A stretch of 63,813 nt of DNA, the filler included, from Dirinaria sp. TL-2023a (taxonomy: Eukaryota): the NCBI GenBank assembly GCA_051941275.1. It is 33 parts of 33 records of this genome, joined end to end, with 100 filler letters (N's around TTAATTAATTAA, not from the genome) between each part and the next. Parts side by side here need not be neighbours in the genome. Positions count along the whole stretch, not along the records: positions 1 to 1,865 come from JAVEBF010002497.1; positions 1,966 to 3,829 come from JAVEBF010002498.1; positions 3,930 to 5,791 come from JAVEBF010002499.1; positions 5,892 to 7,753 come from JAVEBF010002500.1; positions 7,854 to 9,713 come from JAVEBF010002501.1; positions 9,814 to 11,669 come from JAVEBF010002502.1; 27 more parts are not named here. One strand, 5' to 3'. Under the pieces are notes generated by a model that was given only the letters and a program-made list of their open reading frames with translations, was not told where the DNA came from and did not search any database. This document shows positions 1-10,308 of this stretch, piece by piece. Both the position numbers and the translations under genes were made by a program. Each line of letters opens with the position of its first letter. Within the stretch, counting starts at the first letter, position 1.

Positions 1-20
1 AAAAAAAAAAAAAAAAAAAA

Positions 21-200
21 AAAAAAGAAAGGCCCCTCATGGCCGGCGCCGCACACCAATCCCATCCATACCTGAGGTTTCCCCGTGAAAGAGGGGGGGG
101 AGGGCTTCTAAAGTTATATCCAAGGACTGTATTGAAAGGGAAAAAGAAAGGCCCTCATACCGGCGCCGCACACCAATCCGATACCCTAAGGTTTCCCCCG
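21..200. repeat. Imperfect direct duplication (~60-bp unit, ~120-bp period)
   Basis: aaaaagaaaggccc(c)tcat..ccggcgccgcacaccaatcc..atacc..aggtttcccc at ~21-85 and ~141-200. Confidence 0.8.
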
Positions 201-618
201 TTCCATACATGACCTATGTGCATCCATCCATCCAATTATTCGTATTCCTCCTTGGGAATGTCTTCAAGCCTGTTGCCCTTTTTTTTAGTCTTTCTTCTTT
301 CCTAGTACATAATTTGCCCAAGGAAGTACAGGATTTTTTCCATTACATCCCACAACCTAGAAGAAGAAGGCACCGTTTACTCATCACATGCTATACCCGG
401 AAAAGGAAATTCTTTTTTTTAGTTTTTATTCTTTTTTTTGTTGATTTCGGAATAAGGAGAGTTGTCCACGACCAGGAAGTGTACGCCTTCAATCCGCTTT
501 CGAGTGAGTACCTTGCGTTACCCGGATGTCCTCACAGCGATCTAGTGCCGAAATACAGAATGCAGGGTCTCGCTGCCGGGGTATGGTTGCGCTTGGTCGG
601 GCATGGTTTTTCTCCTCA

Positions 619-1106
619 TTACATGCCCATGGCCTTGATTCCATGGTGGCCCGACCACTGCCGCTGCTGCTGCTGCTGCTGTTGCTGCTGGCCTTGGGGC
701 GAACTAGGAGCGCTCAGCAAAGTTTGCAAAGCTACCTCTGCGGCATCCTCTTTGGCATTGTTGACATATTGCCCATCGTACCAGAAGCGGGCATGAATGG
801 TTTGGCTGCCACGAATGGTGACGGTCGAAGACCATGCAGTACGGCCTCCTCGGCGATCGGAGACAATGTTGAACACCGGAGGGTGGAGGTGACACCGTTG
901 GCAGTGGTCTGAGGAAGGCTGTTAGTCTAATGATGGATGGATAGAGGGCAATAGACTCCCTCGCAAGGGTCTTTTGTAAGCCTGCATTCAGCGAAGAGTA
1001 GAGGCAGCTGTGTTGGCCAGAGGTGTGCAGTGTTGGTAGCCATACCTTGTAGCTTCTCTTGCCATGGGGAAGAGCGGAGGCCGTTGACAGAGGTGGGGGA
1101 TGGCAT
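619..1106 (-). CDS. Small double-stranded-RNA-binding-domain-like protein, 116 aa, 2 exons (1106-1046, 908-619), poly-Q tail
   Basis: GT-AG intron 1045-909 with CTAAC branch joins MPSPTSVNGLRSSPWQEKLQ to DHCQRCHLHPPVFNIVSDRRGGRTAWSSTV...FWYDGQYVNNAKEDAAEVAL, which has a dsRBD-type terminal helix. Confidence 0.8.
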
Positions 1107-1865
1107 GTTGAAAGCTCGTGAAGGGTAGCAGTGCGAAGCTTTTGAGATGCAGCTGGGAAAGCGAAGAGAGCAGTGACTGAGTCGAATGTTGAAATGTTAC
1201 AATATTGGTACCTGGTACAAAGCGGAGAAACTGCTGTCGTTCTAAGGATGGTGTCTGGTACCGATTGAAGGTGCCCAGATGGAGGGAACGAGCGCGATCT
1301 TATAGAAAACCTCAAGATCTCGCGTTCGCCGATCAAAGATCAAGGCGGTGAATGATGATAGAGGAATCCAGATTCAGGGGCAGAGCAGAAGAGCTCGAGC
1401 ACCAGGAAGAGCAAGTAACCGCGAGGGGCATATGAGGGAGCAAAGGGAACCATGCATGATGAAGTATGAGACCAATGATTTGAGCTGTGGCAATTCAGAG
1501 GCAGCGTATCGACAGCATCTGGGACCATTCTTCAAAGGAATATGAACCCGAGGGACCGGGCCGTAGCGTGGTTGACGTGCAACGGGCTGGAGGGCGGGTT
1601 GTTGATGTGCTGTCCGAACCATCATGGCGGTGGCAGCAAGGCAGCGGTTGCTTCATAATAGGCGCTTTCCAGCACGATGGTGTACTGGGATGCTGATCAG
1701 ATGGCTGGCGTGAGGAGCACATCGACGAGATGGGCCCAAAGAAAGCCAATTGAGCGTGTGAAGAATGAGCCAGTAGTAGACTAGTACCTGGACGTTGAAG
1801 CGAGGACGCGGCACCAACGGCGTACCACGTCCACTAGCCTTTGAGAGGGGGGAAGGGGGGAAGGG

Positions 1866-1965
1866 NNNNNNNNNNNNNNNNNNNNNNNNNNNNNNNNNNN
1901 NNNNNNNNNTTAATTAATTAANNNNNNNNNNNNNNNNNNNNNNNNNNNNNNNNNNNNNNNNNNNN
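1866..1965. other. Artificial contig linker (44 N + TTAATTAATTAA + 44 N); first of 32 such spacers
   Basis: The same 100-nt spacer recurs about every 1.9 kb (starting 1866, 3830, 5792, 7754 ... 61907). The 12-mer gives stops in all six frames. Contig lengths fall from 1865 to 1807 bp. Confidence 0.98.
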
Positions 1966-2450
1966 AACATGATATTTCTATCGAGCAAGAACATTGTCAT
2001 CGATAGATCTTCAAGAAAAATCGAAGACAAGATGCTAGAATCTTTCTCGATAATCAAAGTCATAGAAATCTTCTATGAGCTTCAACTCTCTGACATCATG
2101 AGAATACACAATGTATTTCACCCAAGTCTGTTGCGCAAGAATTCCGAAAATCTTTTATCGAGCCAAGTACAAGAATTTCTCGACAAGATCGTCATCAACG
2201 AAAACGATGAATGAGAGCTGATCGATATAGTCAGCTCGCGCTGACATTATGAGAGACTACAATATCGTTGTCGATGAGTAGAAGAAAGGAGTAGAGATTT
2301 GGCATGATACGATATCGATAATGACGAGTTCATGCATGCGAAGAACATCACTCAGAACTATCATCATCGATATCCCGACAAAGCGAGAGACGTCAACAAT
2401 AACAAATCTTCGCAGAGACGTCATCGACGTCATGACTAAGGCATACACGT
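1966..2450 (+). mobile_element. Ty3/Gypsy chromovirus relic: integrase C-terminus (GPY/F) plus chromodomain, mutationally inactivated
   Basis: KMLESF (= GPF), YELQL, RIHNVFHPSLLR, then E*ELIDIVSSR*HYERLQYRCR* with Trp positions turned to TGA. Confidence 0.9.
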
Positions 2451-2469
2451 GATGAGGACACCGCTTTTT

Positions 2470-2734
2470 GAGAGGGGGGGGGTAGTGTTACGAGCCTGAC
2501 TCTCACTGTTGTTACCCGGGTCATTTTCTACAAGATTTTTGTGTGTGGTGTTGAGTTTTGACCTGATCGGGGTTAGCGCATCCGGAGTGGTGGTCGGTCC
2601 GGCCGATCAGGGTCCAACGCCCACACATCCATATTATGTCTGGTTCCAGTCCATAGATTTCTTTTCTTCTTCATGCTTTGTGTATTTAGTTGATAGCACC
2701 TGCATAGATCATACCTTCTGCACCGGTCCTGACA
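2470..2734 (+). mobile_element. Polypurine tract (2470-2485) and 249-bp 3' LTR (2486-2734)
   Basis: GAGAGGGGGGGGGTAG directly followed by TGTTACGAG...CCTGACA (TG..CA), downstream of the chromodomain. Confidence 0.88.
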
Positions 2735-2956
2735 AAAGATTCGTGTATAAAAAAAATAACAACGAGATAAATAAATTATTGATATAAAAATATTGAAACA
2801 GCAAATAAATTTATTGCTTATTCGATGTATCTGTTCATGAAGAGCAGATAAATTACTCGTTTTTCGAGCTTATAATCTGTCAAAATTAGATGATAAAACG
2901 CATAATTGCTATCTAGAAACCGAGGAAACGACTCATCTATAATATACAAAGGGTCG

Positions 2957-2990
2957 GTCACGTGCCGGGTAATCTTTCCCGGCACGTGAC
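2957..2990. repeat. Perfect 13-bp inverted repeat with a CACGTG E-box in each arm
   Basis: GTCACGTGCCGGG-taatcttt-CCCGGCACGTGAC. Confidence 0.85.
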
Positions 2991-3929
2991 ATGGAGGTCA
3001 GCACATAGAATTCCAACATTAAGCACACGAGAAACAGCTGACGTCTCTTCTTGCTGACTGCATTGACAGGTAGTTCGAAATGAACATGAGTATAATTTGT
3101 GGTCTCCTACTCTGCTGGCCTTTGTCCGTCAATACGTGGTCGAAAGGCACTTTGGCGATCCTATTCGATCTATCTTCAGCAGCATCACCCATTTCTCTAG
3201 TCATTATAGTAAAGCTAGCAAAGGTGCATTTAATGGTAAACGGAGTACCAAAAACAGCATCCGGCAATCTATCACGAAGGAAGGGTTTGAGCGGCAACCT
3301 AGCAAGGCTAGTCTCGAGCTGGGCGAATTAGGAGACGTTTCGTCGGCGACGATCTAGGCGGTTAATCGCTCCAAACAGACACAAAATATGGGAAGGAGTC
3401 AATTTGAATGACAATGGCATCAACCAAACGCACCAGTTTACAGTAGCGCTGTGAGTTGGGCTTGCATTCCGCTGCTCAAGAGGCTCTGCAGTAGAGGGGT
3501 CAATGGAACGGCGTCCATCGCTGGAGGTTTTGCCCAGCGCCTTTACCGACCTCGTCCGCTGCCTTAGTCTCTGCTCCTCCGAATCGATCGGTAGGGTAGA
3601 TCGTACGGCATGAATATATCCTAGGAAATGGAATATGGGTTTGAAAAGGTACTTGAACGGCGAGATGGTTGGAGATCTTGCAGGGTACGCATGGCACTGA
3701 TGCCACCCTTTCTCCGTATCTGGAAGTAATCCGCATTCGCGTGTAATGAATTATGAAGGAAGTGCCACATGTTGGCAAAAGCGCTGCGATTGTCAGTGAA
3801 TGCTTTGACTTAGTCCCCAAGATGCCGTGNNNNNNNNNNNNNNNNNNNNNNNNNNNNNNNNNNNNNNNNNNNNTTAATTAATTAANNNNNNNNNNNNNNN
3901 NNNNNNNNNNNNNNNNNNNNNNNNNNNNN

Positions 3930-5547
3930 GTGTGTATAGCATACCACTAGAATCGTCTCATTGGAGTGGGTGTAAATGGCCTTTGCCAAAAGTGAGCCAA
4001 TGAATGATTTTCCCGTACCTGCATGTATTTAGCCTACGAGAGACGTAAACCACAACGCAGAACATGCCTGGAGGACCTTGAATCAGGCTGACTCTGTCAC
4101 GGAGGCCTGAGAGAAAACACGTCATTTGAGCTTGGTCCAACTTTGTCGGACGGGTAAGTCGCAGAATATTGCATAAGTCATTAGAAGTGTTCGATACAAA
4201 CTTGTACAATCTAAGTCTGTATAGTTCTCTGGATATCTCTGGAGATAGAGAGTAGTCGACGCGGCGCAACGGTTTGCCTGTTTCCCAGTGAAGAATTTCG
4301 TCCTCCACCGAAAGGTCCTTGATTTCTTGAAGCTGCTTGAGAATGGGCAGGTAAGCAAATACTGCAGAATCGAGCTGAACCACCTTGATGCTTTCTGCGC
4401 CAAGTAGATATCTTAGGGCCCTCTCCAGCTCTTTTCCAGGTATTTGCAGGCATAGAATGGGTGGTTTTTGGGCAAGGAGATCCTCCTCACGAATGATCGT
4501 CCCCAGTGTAACCTCGTTTCCGTCTGTCTCGATACGAGCTACCGATTCGTGTCTCATAAACTTATTATTGTCCTGAAGGAACTGCCGTCGAATCTTCTCG
4601 CTTTTGTTCGGCATCTGCGGCAGGTCCTGAGTACAGCGGAATTGAAGAGACCATGGACTCCGTCCATCACAGTAGACACCGGCCAATGTCAGGTGCTCGG
4701 CCGAAAGGCTTTTGCGACGTTTCTTTTTCACATCATGAGTGACTTGGACCTCTTCCCGCAAATCACGCAACATGTCTTCACGAAGCAAGCGAAATTGACT
4801 GTCCAGATGGAAAGCCAGACCGCCCGGACGTGACTCGCGTTCGTTAGTCTCTTGAGCTCGCGGGAGATAAGGATCCTTTGATGCAAGCTCGTCTGAGGTT
4901 GGAAGGATCTCGATTTTGCGAATGTCGGCAAAGTCGTTATCATGACGGCCGCCCGGGCCATCCAGCGGAATTTCGTGCTTCGCGGTGATGTTGTCAACGA
5001 TATGTACGATTTTGCGACCTCTCAGGCGGACTTCTTGCGCGGTGGATTGGAGAAGACGTTCTCGAATTCGGTCTTCTAACGCAAGAGTTGCAAAATCAAG
5101 GGCTTTGCTCTTCGGTAAAGACACAAGTTCACCGAGAAGCCACGAGAAAGCCTCCTCTCCCTCAGGACCCAGTTCGCCAGAGGCGAAGGCGGTGACCAAC
5201 GCGTTCCAAACAAGCTCTTCCTCTACGAACTTGAGTATTAGTTGCCTCGAGATGCTACCGCCGCACAGGGTTCTGAGCTCCGGCGCCTCCAAGTAGCGAA
5301 GGAAAGCAGTTATTGAACCTTTTAGAAAGGCGAGGTTTGTGTCCGAACCGAGAGCAGACTGCAAGGCAGAGTAACCAGGTGGACTCGCGACTATTCTTTG
5401 TAAACACAGAGCTCTGTCTCCCTGAGCGCATAGCGCCTCGATGAAAAGAGCAGCATTGTTACTTGTTATGCTCTCCTTTCCTGAAACAATTTTCCCAAAC
5501 AGAGCTCGAAGCTTGTTGCTCCGGGCCTCAGACTTGTTGTCAGGCAT
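3930..5547 (-). CDS. ZNFX1/NFX1-type SF1 (UPF1/DNA2-NAM7-like) RNA helicase, N-terminal part, truncated by contig end
   Basis: PGGRHDNDFADIRKIEILPT, HLDSQFRLLREDM, SLIQGPPG; removing a 49-nt GC-AG intron (4067-4019) restores Walker A GPPGTGKS followed by ILVVCYTH. Confidence 0.85.
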
Positions 5548-5891
5548 GAGTCAAATCCAACTTGCAGAATCACGGTTTACTTAGGCTGTTTCCTTTGAGC
5601 GGGATGCCTAGCGTTAAGATTTAGGCCGTCATGAAAAGCGCGAAAGATCCATAACGACTTGGCCGAAGCTACACTGACTTCGTCGTCGCAGTTACTCTGG
5701 CACAAGTAAAGGTTGCCTCTTCCCCGCTCCTCCGGCTCCTCCCCGCTTTTTAGCGTGTCTCCTGGCATTCCGGCCCACATCTGCCTACCAGNNNNNNNNN
5801 NNNNNNNNNNNNNNNNNNNNNNNNNNNNNNNNNNNTTAATTAATTAANNNNNNNNNNNNNNNNNNNNNNNNNNNNNNNNNNNNNNNNNNNN

Positions 5892-6669
5892 CTCATGACC
5901 TGATTCATTGCATCGTCTCTCATTTTCTTCATCTTTCTTCACTCTTCTACACAGCGCAATGCTGCATCGCGTTTCACTCGATACTTCTTTATAAGATCGA
6001 AAACAGCATCGTCGTCGTTGCGAACTCAATGCTTCAATTGATCGACATTGTTTATGCTTTCGAGAATGAAGATCTGATCTGCTCTCGAAAAAGCCTCTAT
6101 CGAATCATCTGACAACATCGACACGCGACGATTTTCTGTCTTCTGTCACAAGTCTTTCATCATTGAGAGAAGATCCTCATCGTTAATTGAGTTATTGACG
6201 AAGATAGAAGTCTGACTCTGAGTGATCGAAACTCGAAGATTTTGTATCTGTCTAGACATCTTGATCTTATAGATCTTATATCGTAAATCTTCTTATTATG
6301 AGATTCTTAATCTTGCAATTGTTTGATCTACTCGTGCAACGCCGACGAGTGCAAAGATAAGAGTGATAGATAGTGTAATGTCATGATCTGCACAGCGCTC
6401 ATAGACATATGAATACTACTAGACTAGAACACTATCTATGAAAAAGAAAAGGAAAAGGAAATCTAAATACAGATAGGTTTAAATGTGGGATCGAAACAAC
6501 ACCGGTCCGAGGACGCTAAACCTGATCAGACAAAAACACAACACCTCTAGCAAAACACCTGGTATAGACCTTTCCACACACATGTGGTATCCAGAGACTC
6601 TGCTTCAGGGTCCATGCAACCATGTGACCCAATCATGTGATCAGGCCCATAGGGGTCTGGTTCATGACA
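5892..6669 (-). mobile_element. LTR retrotransposon end: 291-bp LTR (6379-6669) plus adjacent degraded, CC/GG-depleted sequence
   Basis: 8-bp terminal inverted repeat TGTCATGA...TCATGACA; on the minus strand it shares CTGATC(A/G)GG(T/G)TTAGCG with the 2486 LTR. Confidence 0.7.
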
Positions 6670-6673
6670 TTAG

Positions 6674-7143
6674 TGTTACGACCCTGGAAACAAAACCAAG
6701 TAGTAAGATAGGCACCAAGTCCTTTGACTTGGTTTAGTTAGTTTTTTGGCGCTGCCGAGACTTTTACCATTGGGAAACCTATCTAACCAAGGTTGGATCT
6801 TTGACATTAAATCAAGTCAACACGGTCGCAAGGTTCTGAGTTCGATTCTCAGCCCGGACGTTTGAAGAGTTTTCGGGTTTTCGGCGAGGCTTTACGACTG
6901 AGAGCTTACTAAGCTCGAGGCGACTACTTAACCGTTTTCACTAAGGCGAACCTCCTATCACACTCTGAGCGTTGAGCTTCGAAACGAAGCTCAGAGAGGG
7001 ATCCGAATAGTGTTACGACCCTGGAAATAAAACCAAGTAGTAAGATAGGCACCAAGTCCTTTGACTTGGTTTAGTTAGTCTTTTGGCGCTGCCGGGACTT
7101 TTACCATTGGGAAACCTATCTAATCAAGGTTGGGTCTTTGACA
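6674..7143 (+). mobile_element. TRIM-like non-autonomous LTR element: two 133-bp LTRs (6674-6806, 7011-7143) around a 204-bp non-coding core
   Basis: Direct repeats TGTTACGACCCTGG...TCTTTGACA differ at 5 positions; purine-rich GAGAGGGA..TAG precedes the second LTR; no clear target-site duplication. Confidence 0.75.
6826..6860 (+). pseudogene. tRNA-like 3' half (variable loop, T-arm with B-box, acceptor 3' strand)
   Basis: TCGCA-AGGTT-CTGAG-TTCGATT-CTCAG-CCCGGAC-G matches canonical tRNA 3'-half geometry, with a T run at 6870-6873; no 5' half found on this contig. Confidence 0.65.
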
Positions 7144-7540
7144 TTTATAATCTGAGATCGATGTTAATTTCTTTTGTTATTGCTGTTTGCATCTCGTCGT
7201 CGTCTGACAGAGAGCAACGTATCAAAAAATCTTCAAAAAATATTTTTATCGTCGTCGATGACGATAACATTTTCAGCAAAAAATTTAAATTGAAACTTGA
7301 GAGATTTAAATCATCGTTTTCGACATCTGCGATCTCTAAAAAAAAAGACAAAAAAAGAAAATTCGCGAAATTCGCGAAACTTATCAAATCATCAAAGTCG
7401 ACAAAATTTACAAAATCTGCAAAATTTTTGCAGATTATAAATTTAAGTTTTGTTTTCGATGATGACGATGATGACGAGGGAAAAAAAGTGATTCTTGATG
7501 TCGCGAAAATGACATAGACAAATTTGAATCAAGAAAATCG

Positions 7541-7753
7541 TGTCACGAGCATGCACCTAGGTATACTACCTGGGGCAATAGCTCTAATGGTTCTCAGGGG
7601 TAATGCGCTAACCTGATCGGGGTACGCGACACCCGCACGCGTATATATCTGGAACCCCCATTGTATCTAGCTTCTCTTCTTCTTCTTTCCTTCCTTAGTG
7701 ATAATATCTTAGTTAACTATACCTGCATTGACTTGCTCTGCACCGGTCCTAAC
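7541..7753 (+). mobile_element. LTR, same family as 29303-29541 and related to 2486-2734
   Basis: TGTCACGAG start, ACCTGATCGGGGT motif, 3' end ...ACCTGCATTGACTTGCTCTGCACCGGTCCTAAC at the contig end. Confidence 0.8.
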
Positions 7754-8938
7754 NNNNNNNNNNNNNNNNNNNNNNNNNNNNNNNNNNNNNNNNNNNNTTA
7801 ATTAATTAANNNNNNNNNNNNNNNNNNNNNNNNNNNNNNNNNNNNNNNNNNNNGTGGTGTGGGGGGTTTTCTCCCCCTGGGGATTGGGGCAGGCTGTAGA
7901 GGTGCAGAGACTGGGGGTTCTCGAAAGGATTCTAGTACAGCCCGTTCACGCGTAGGACGAAGGTGAGGTATGGGACCCTAGAGGGTCAGCAGTATGGTAG
8001 TACGTTATCACGAAAACAATGAAGACTCAGTATCAGAGCCCTCCTGAACGAGAACAAGAGGTAGAACGCGGTGCAACGCGATATATTGTTACGAAGGACA
8101 CTACCGAAATATGTATAATACTTGTATCATTATTTGTTCTCATGTTTGCTCGATCGTACGCGGAAATGTCGATTGCGAGTGCTCGTTTGGAGTCCAACGA
8201 CCCCTGGGTCTCCAAATGCTACGATGGTGTGGGATAGATTGGTGGAGATGAAGGTCTTGGCGTCTTTCTTGATTTTCTTCGGGGAAATCTTGCCGCCCGC
8301 CGAACCTGGCTGCGCGCTTGTGGGAGCCAATCATTGTGGGGCAGCTGCTGGGATGCAGGGAGGGGCATCGAGTAATGTCTGGATCGCTTTGGAAAATGTT
8401 TGCTGGGGACATCTATCCGGCCTTAACATTTCCTGGACCGGATATTCTACTGTTCATGCCATCTTTCTAGCTATTGGCTTCGTGTGGGTCCTTATGAGAT
8501 CTTGAACCAGCTGCGAAATCCAAATACCGGATCTAGATGAAGAGAGGATATACTCGAGACGGTGTTGGAAGGTCTCCGGAAACTTACAGATAGCGACCTC
8601 ACATCGGCGACAGTGGCTATAGTCCAGAGATAGAGAACATGAGTTACACGGGTGATGCTCGACTGCGTGATGAGAATGACTAAATATACTACTTATGAAG
8701 TTGAACGAGGGAAGGCTTCGAAAGCTCATGTCACACTCTTGAGTCATTGAGACATAACACTTGACTGAGTACTGAAGAGTCTGGTCCAACGCTGCCATGG
8801 TGGTAGTACTTAATTTAAAACTGTTGCGCCTCCTGCAAATACTGCCACCAATCATCTACTATTCCTACTGATATCAACCTTTCTACTAACCTCGCTGTCA
8901 TCAACCTACCGTTAAAAATATGGTAAGAACAAACAATC

Positions 8939-9571
8939 ATGGTACAAGATATATTCCTCACTCTGCAGCAGGCATCACCAAAACCCACTGCTTCTATAGA
9001 TGCGATACCAGTCGAGCTCCGTTTATTAATCTTGCACGAAATAGCCGACATCTCGACGCTATACAATCTCATCCGTGCTTCCCCAATCTATTACGCAACA
9101 GTTGCCAATACACGCGAAGAGGTCCTCACGCCTCTGATTGTGCACGAGCTCGAAAAGGTCCTTACGCCAATTGTTCTGCGCGAATTCGAGTCCCGAGGAG
9201 TCCATCTGTTCCGGCCGTACTGGGCCCTGGATCTCTACATGACCGGGCTCGAATTCTCCTACGAAGAGATAATTGCCGTAATCCATGAATGTGTACAGCA
9301 AACAGAAGAACAGAGAGCAACTTTCAAACTCAGTATCAGGCAGTGCCGAGTTTTGAGGACAATTAGATTTGCGGACGGATTGATCTGTTTACGCCATCCA
9401 CACAATCATATGGATTCTCTGCATCGCTTACGAAGTCGCGCAGCACATGCGGCATTTCTGCAAAAGTATAGAACGGGGGCAGAACCAGGACCTATACGCC
9501 TGCTCCAACTCAAATACGACGCGAAATACCCTCAAAGCTATACTATCACAAACACCGGGCAACTTGCGTGA
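8939..9571 (+). CDS. Hypothetical fungal protein with F-box-like N-terminal motif, 210 aa
   Basis: Intact ORF; IDAIPVELRLLILHEIADISTLYNLIRASP resembles F-box-like N-termini. Confidence 0.55.
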   Translation: MVQDIFLTLQQASPKPTASIDAIPVELRLLILHEIADISTLYNLIRASPIYYATVANTREEVLTPLIVHELEKVLTPIVLREFESRGVHLFRPYWALDLYMTGLEFSYEEIIAVIHECVQQTEEQRATFKLSIRQCRVLRTIRFADGLICLRHPHNHMDSLHRLRSRAAHAAFLQKYRTGAEPGPIRLLQLKYDAKYPQSYTITNTGQLA

Positions 9572-9813
9572 GGACGGGACAAGAGTCCCATTCGTTACAG
9601 ATCATATCATAGTCGAGCATCAAATCATACATCGAAGCAGTAATGCCGTCCACTCCCCCCCTCCCCTCCCCTCAAAAAGCGAAAATCCCATCCTCTCAAC
9701 CCCAACCCAAATCNNNNNNNNNNNNNNNNNNNNNNNNNNNNNNNNNNNNNNNNNNNNTTAATTAATTAANNNNNNNNNNNNNNNNNNNNNNNNNNNNNNN
9801 NNNNNNNNNNNNN

Positions 9814-10308
9814 CCCCCATTGCCAGCATACCACGGCCCGACTTACCATCATCCTCATCCCCCTCCACGTGCCCATGCTCCACCGCCGCCTCCGCAACGT
9901 CAAGAAGCACCGCCGCCACCTCCCATGAATGGGAATCCGCCTATTTACCATCTGCAACGCGCAAGCGGAGGCCGGCCGGCAAATCTGCAGTACGCGTCAC
10001 ACATGCCTCGGCCGCAGCACGCGGCGGCGCCGCCGCCAATCAATGTACCCAGATCCCCTCCCCGACAGGTGTTCATGCAGGGACCTCACGGGCCGCCGCG
10101 AGCGGAAGAAAATCCATTCGCTGCGCCCATCCCTCGACACGCGCACTCTTCCCCGCGCGAGCAATACCATGGCGCTTACGGCAGCCCTCGTGGCAACTAC
10201 GACTCGCCTCGAACACCGCCGGACGGCCTCGGCCGGGGCTGGCCAGCGAATGATCAGATGAGCAATGGGGCGAGTGCGAGCCCTTCTGTGAGGAACCTCC
10301 TACGTTGA
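9814..10308 (+). CDS. Pro/His-rich C-terminus of a larger protein, possibly an Snt2-type BAH/PHD chromatin protein
   Basis: Open from the contig start and ends GASASPSVRNLLR*, which resembles my recollection of Pezizomycotina Snt2 C-termini (not searched). Confidence 0.5.
   Translation, partial: PPLPAYHGPTYHHPHPPPRAHAPPPPPQRQEAPPPPPMNGNPPIYHLQRASGGRPANLQYASHMPRPQHAAAPPPINVPRSPPRQVFMQGPHGPPRAEENPFAAPIPRHAHSSPREQYHGAYGSPRGNYDSPRTPPDGLGRGWPANDQMSNGASASPSVRNLLR

Noticed and set aside
209..912. Plus-strand poly-Cys and poly-Leu ORFs
   Set aside because: Antisense readings of the CAG (poly-Gln) tract of the minus-strand dsRBD gene.
7083..7517. Lys/Ser/Phe-rich ORF and similar short ORFs in AT-rich contigs
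   Set aside because: The composition is what CC>TC/GG>GA mutation of repeats produces (e.g. KFAKFAK from KPAKPAK); unlikely to be functional proteins.
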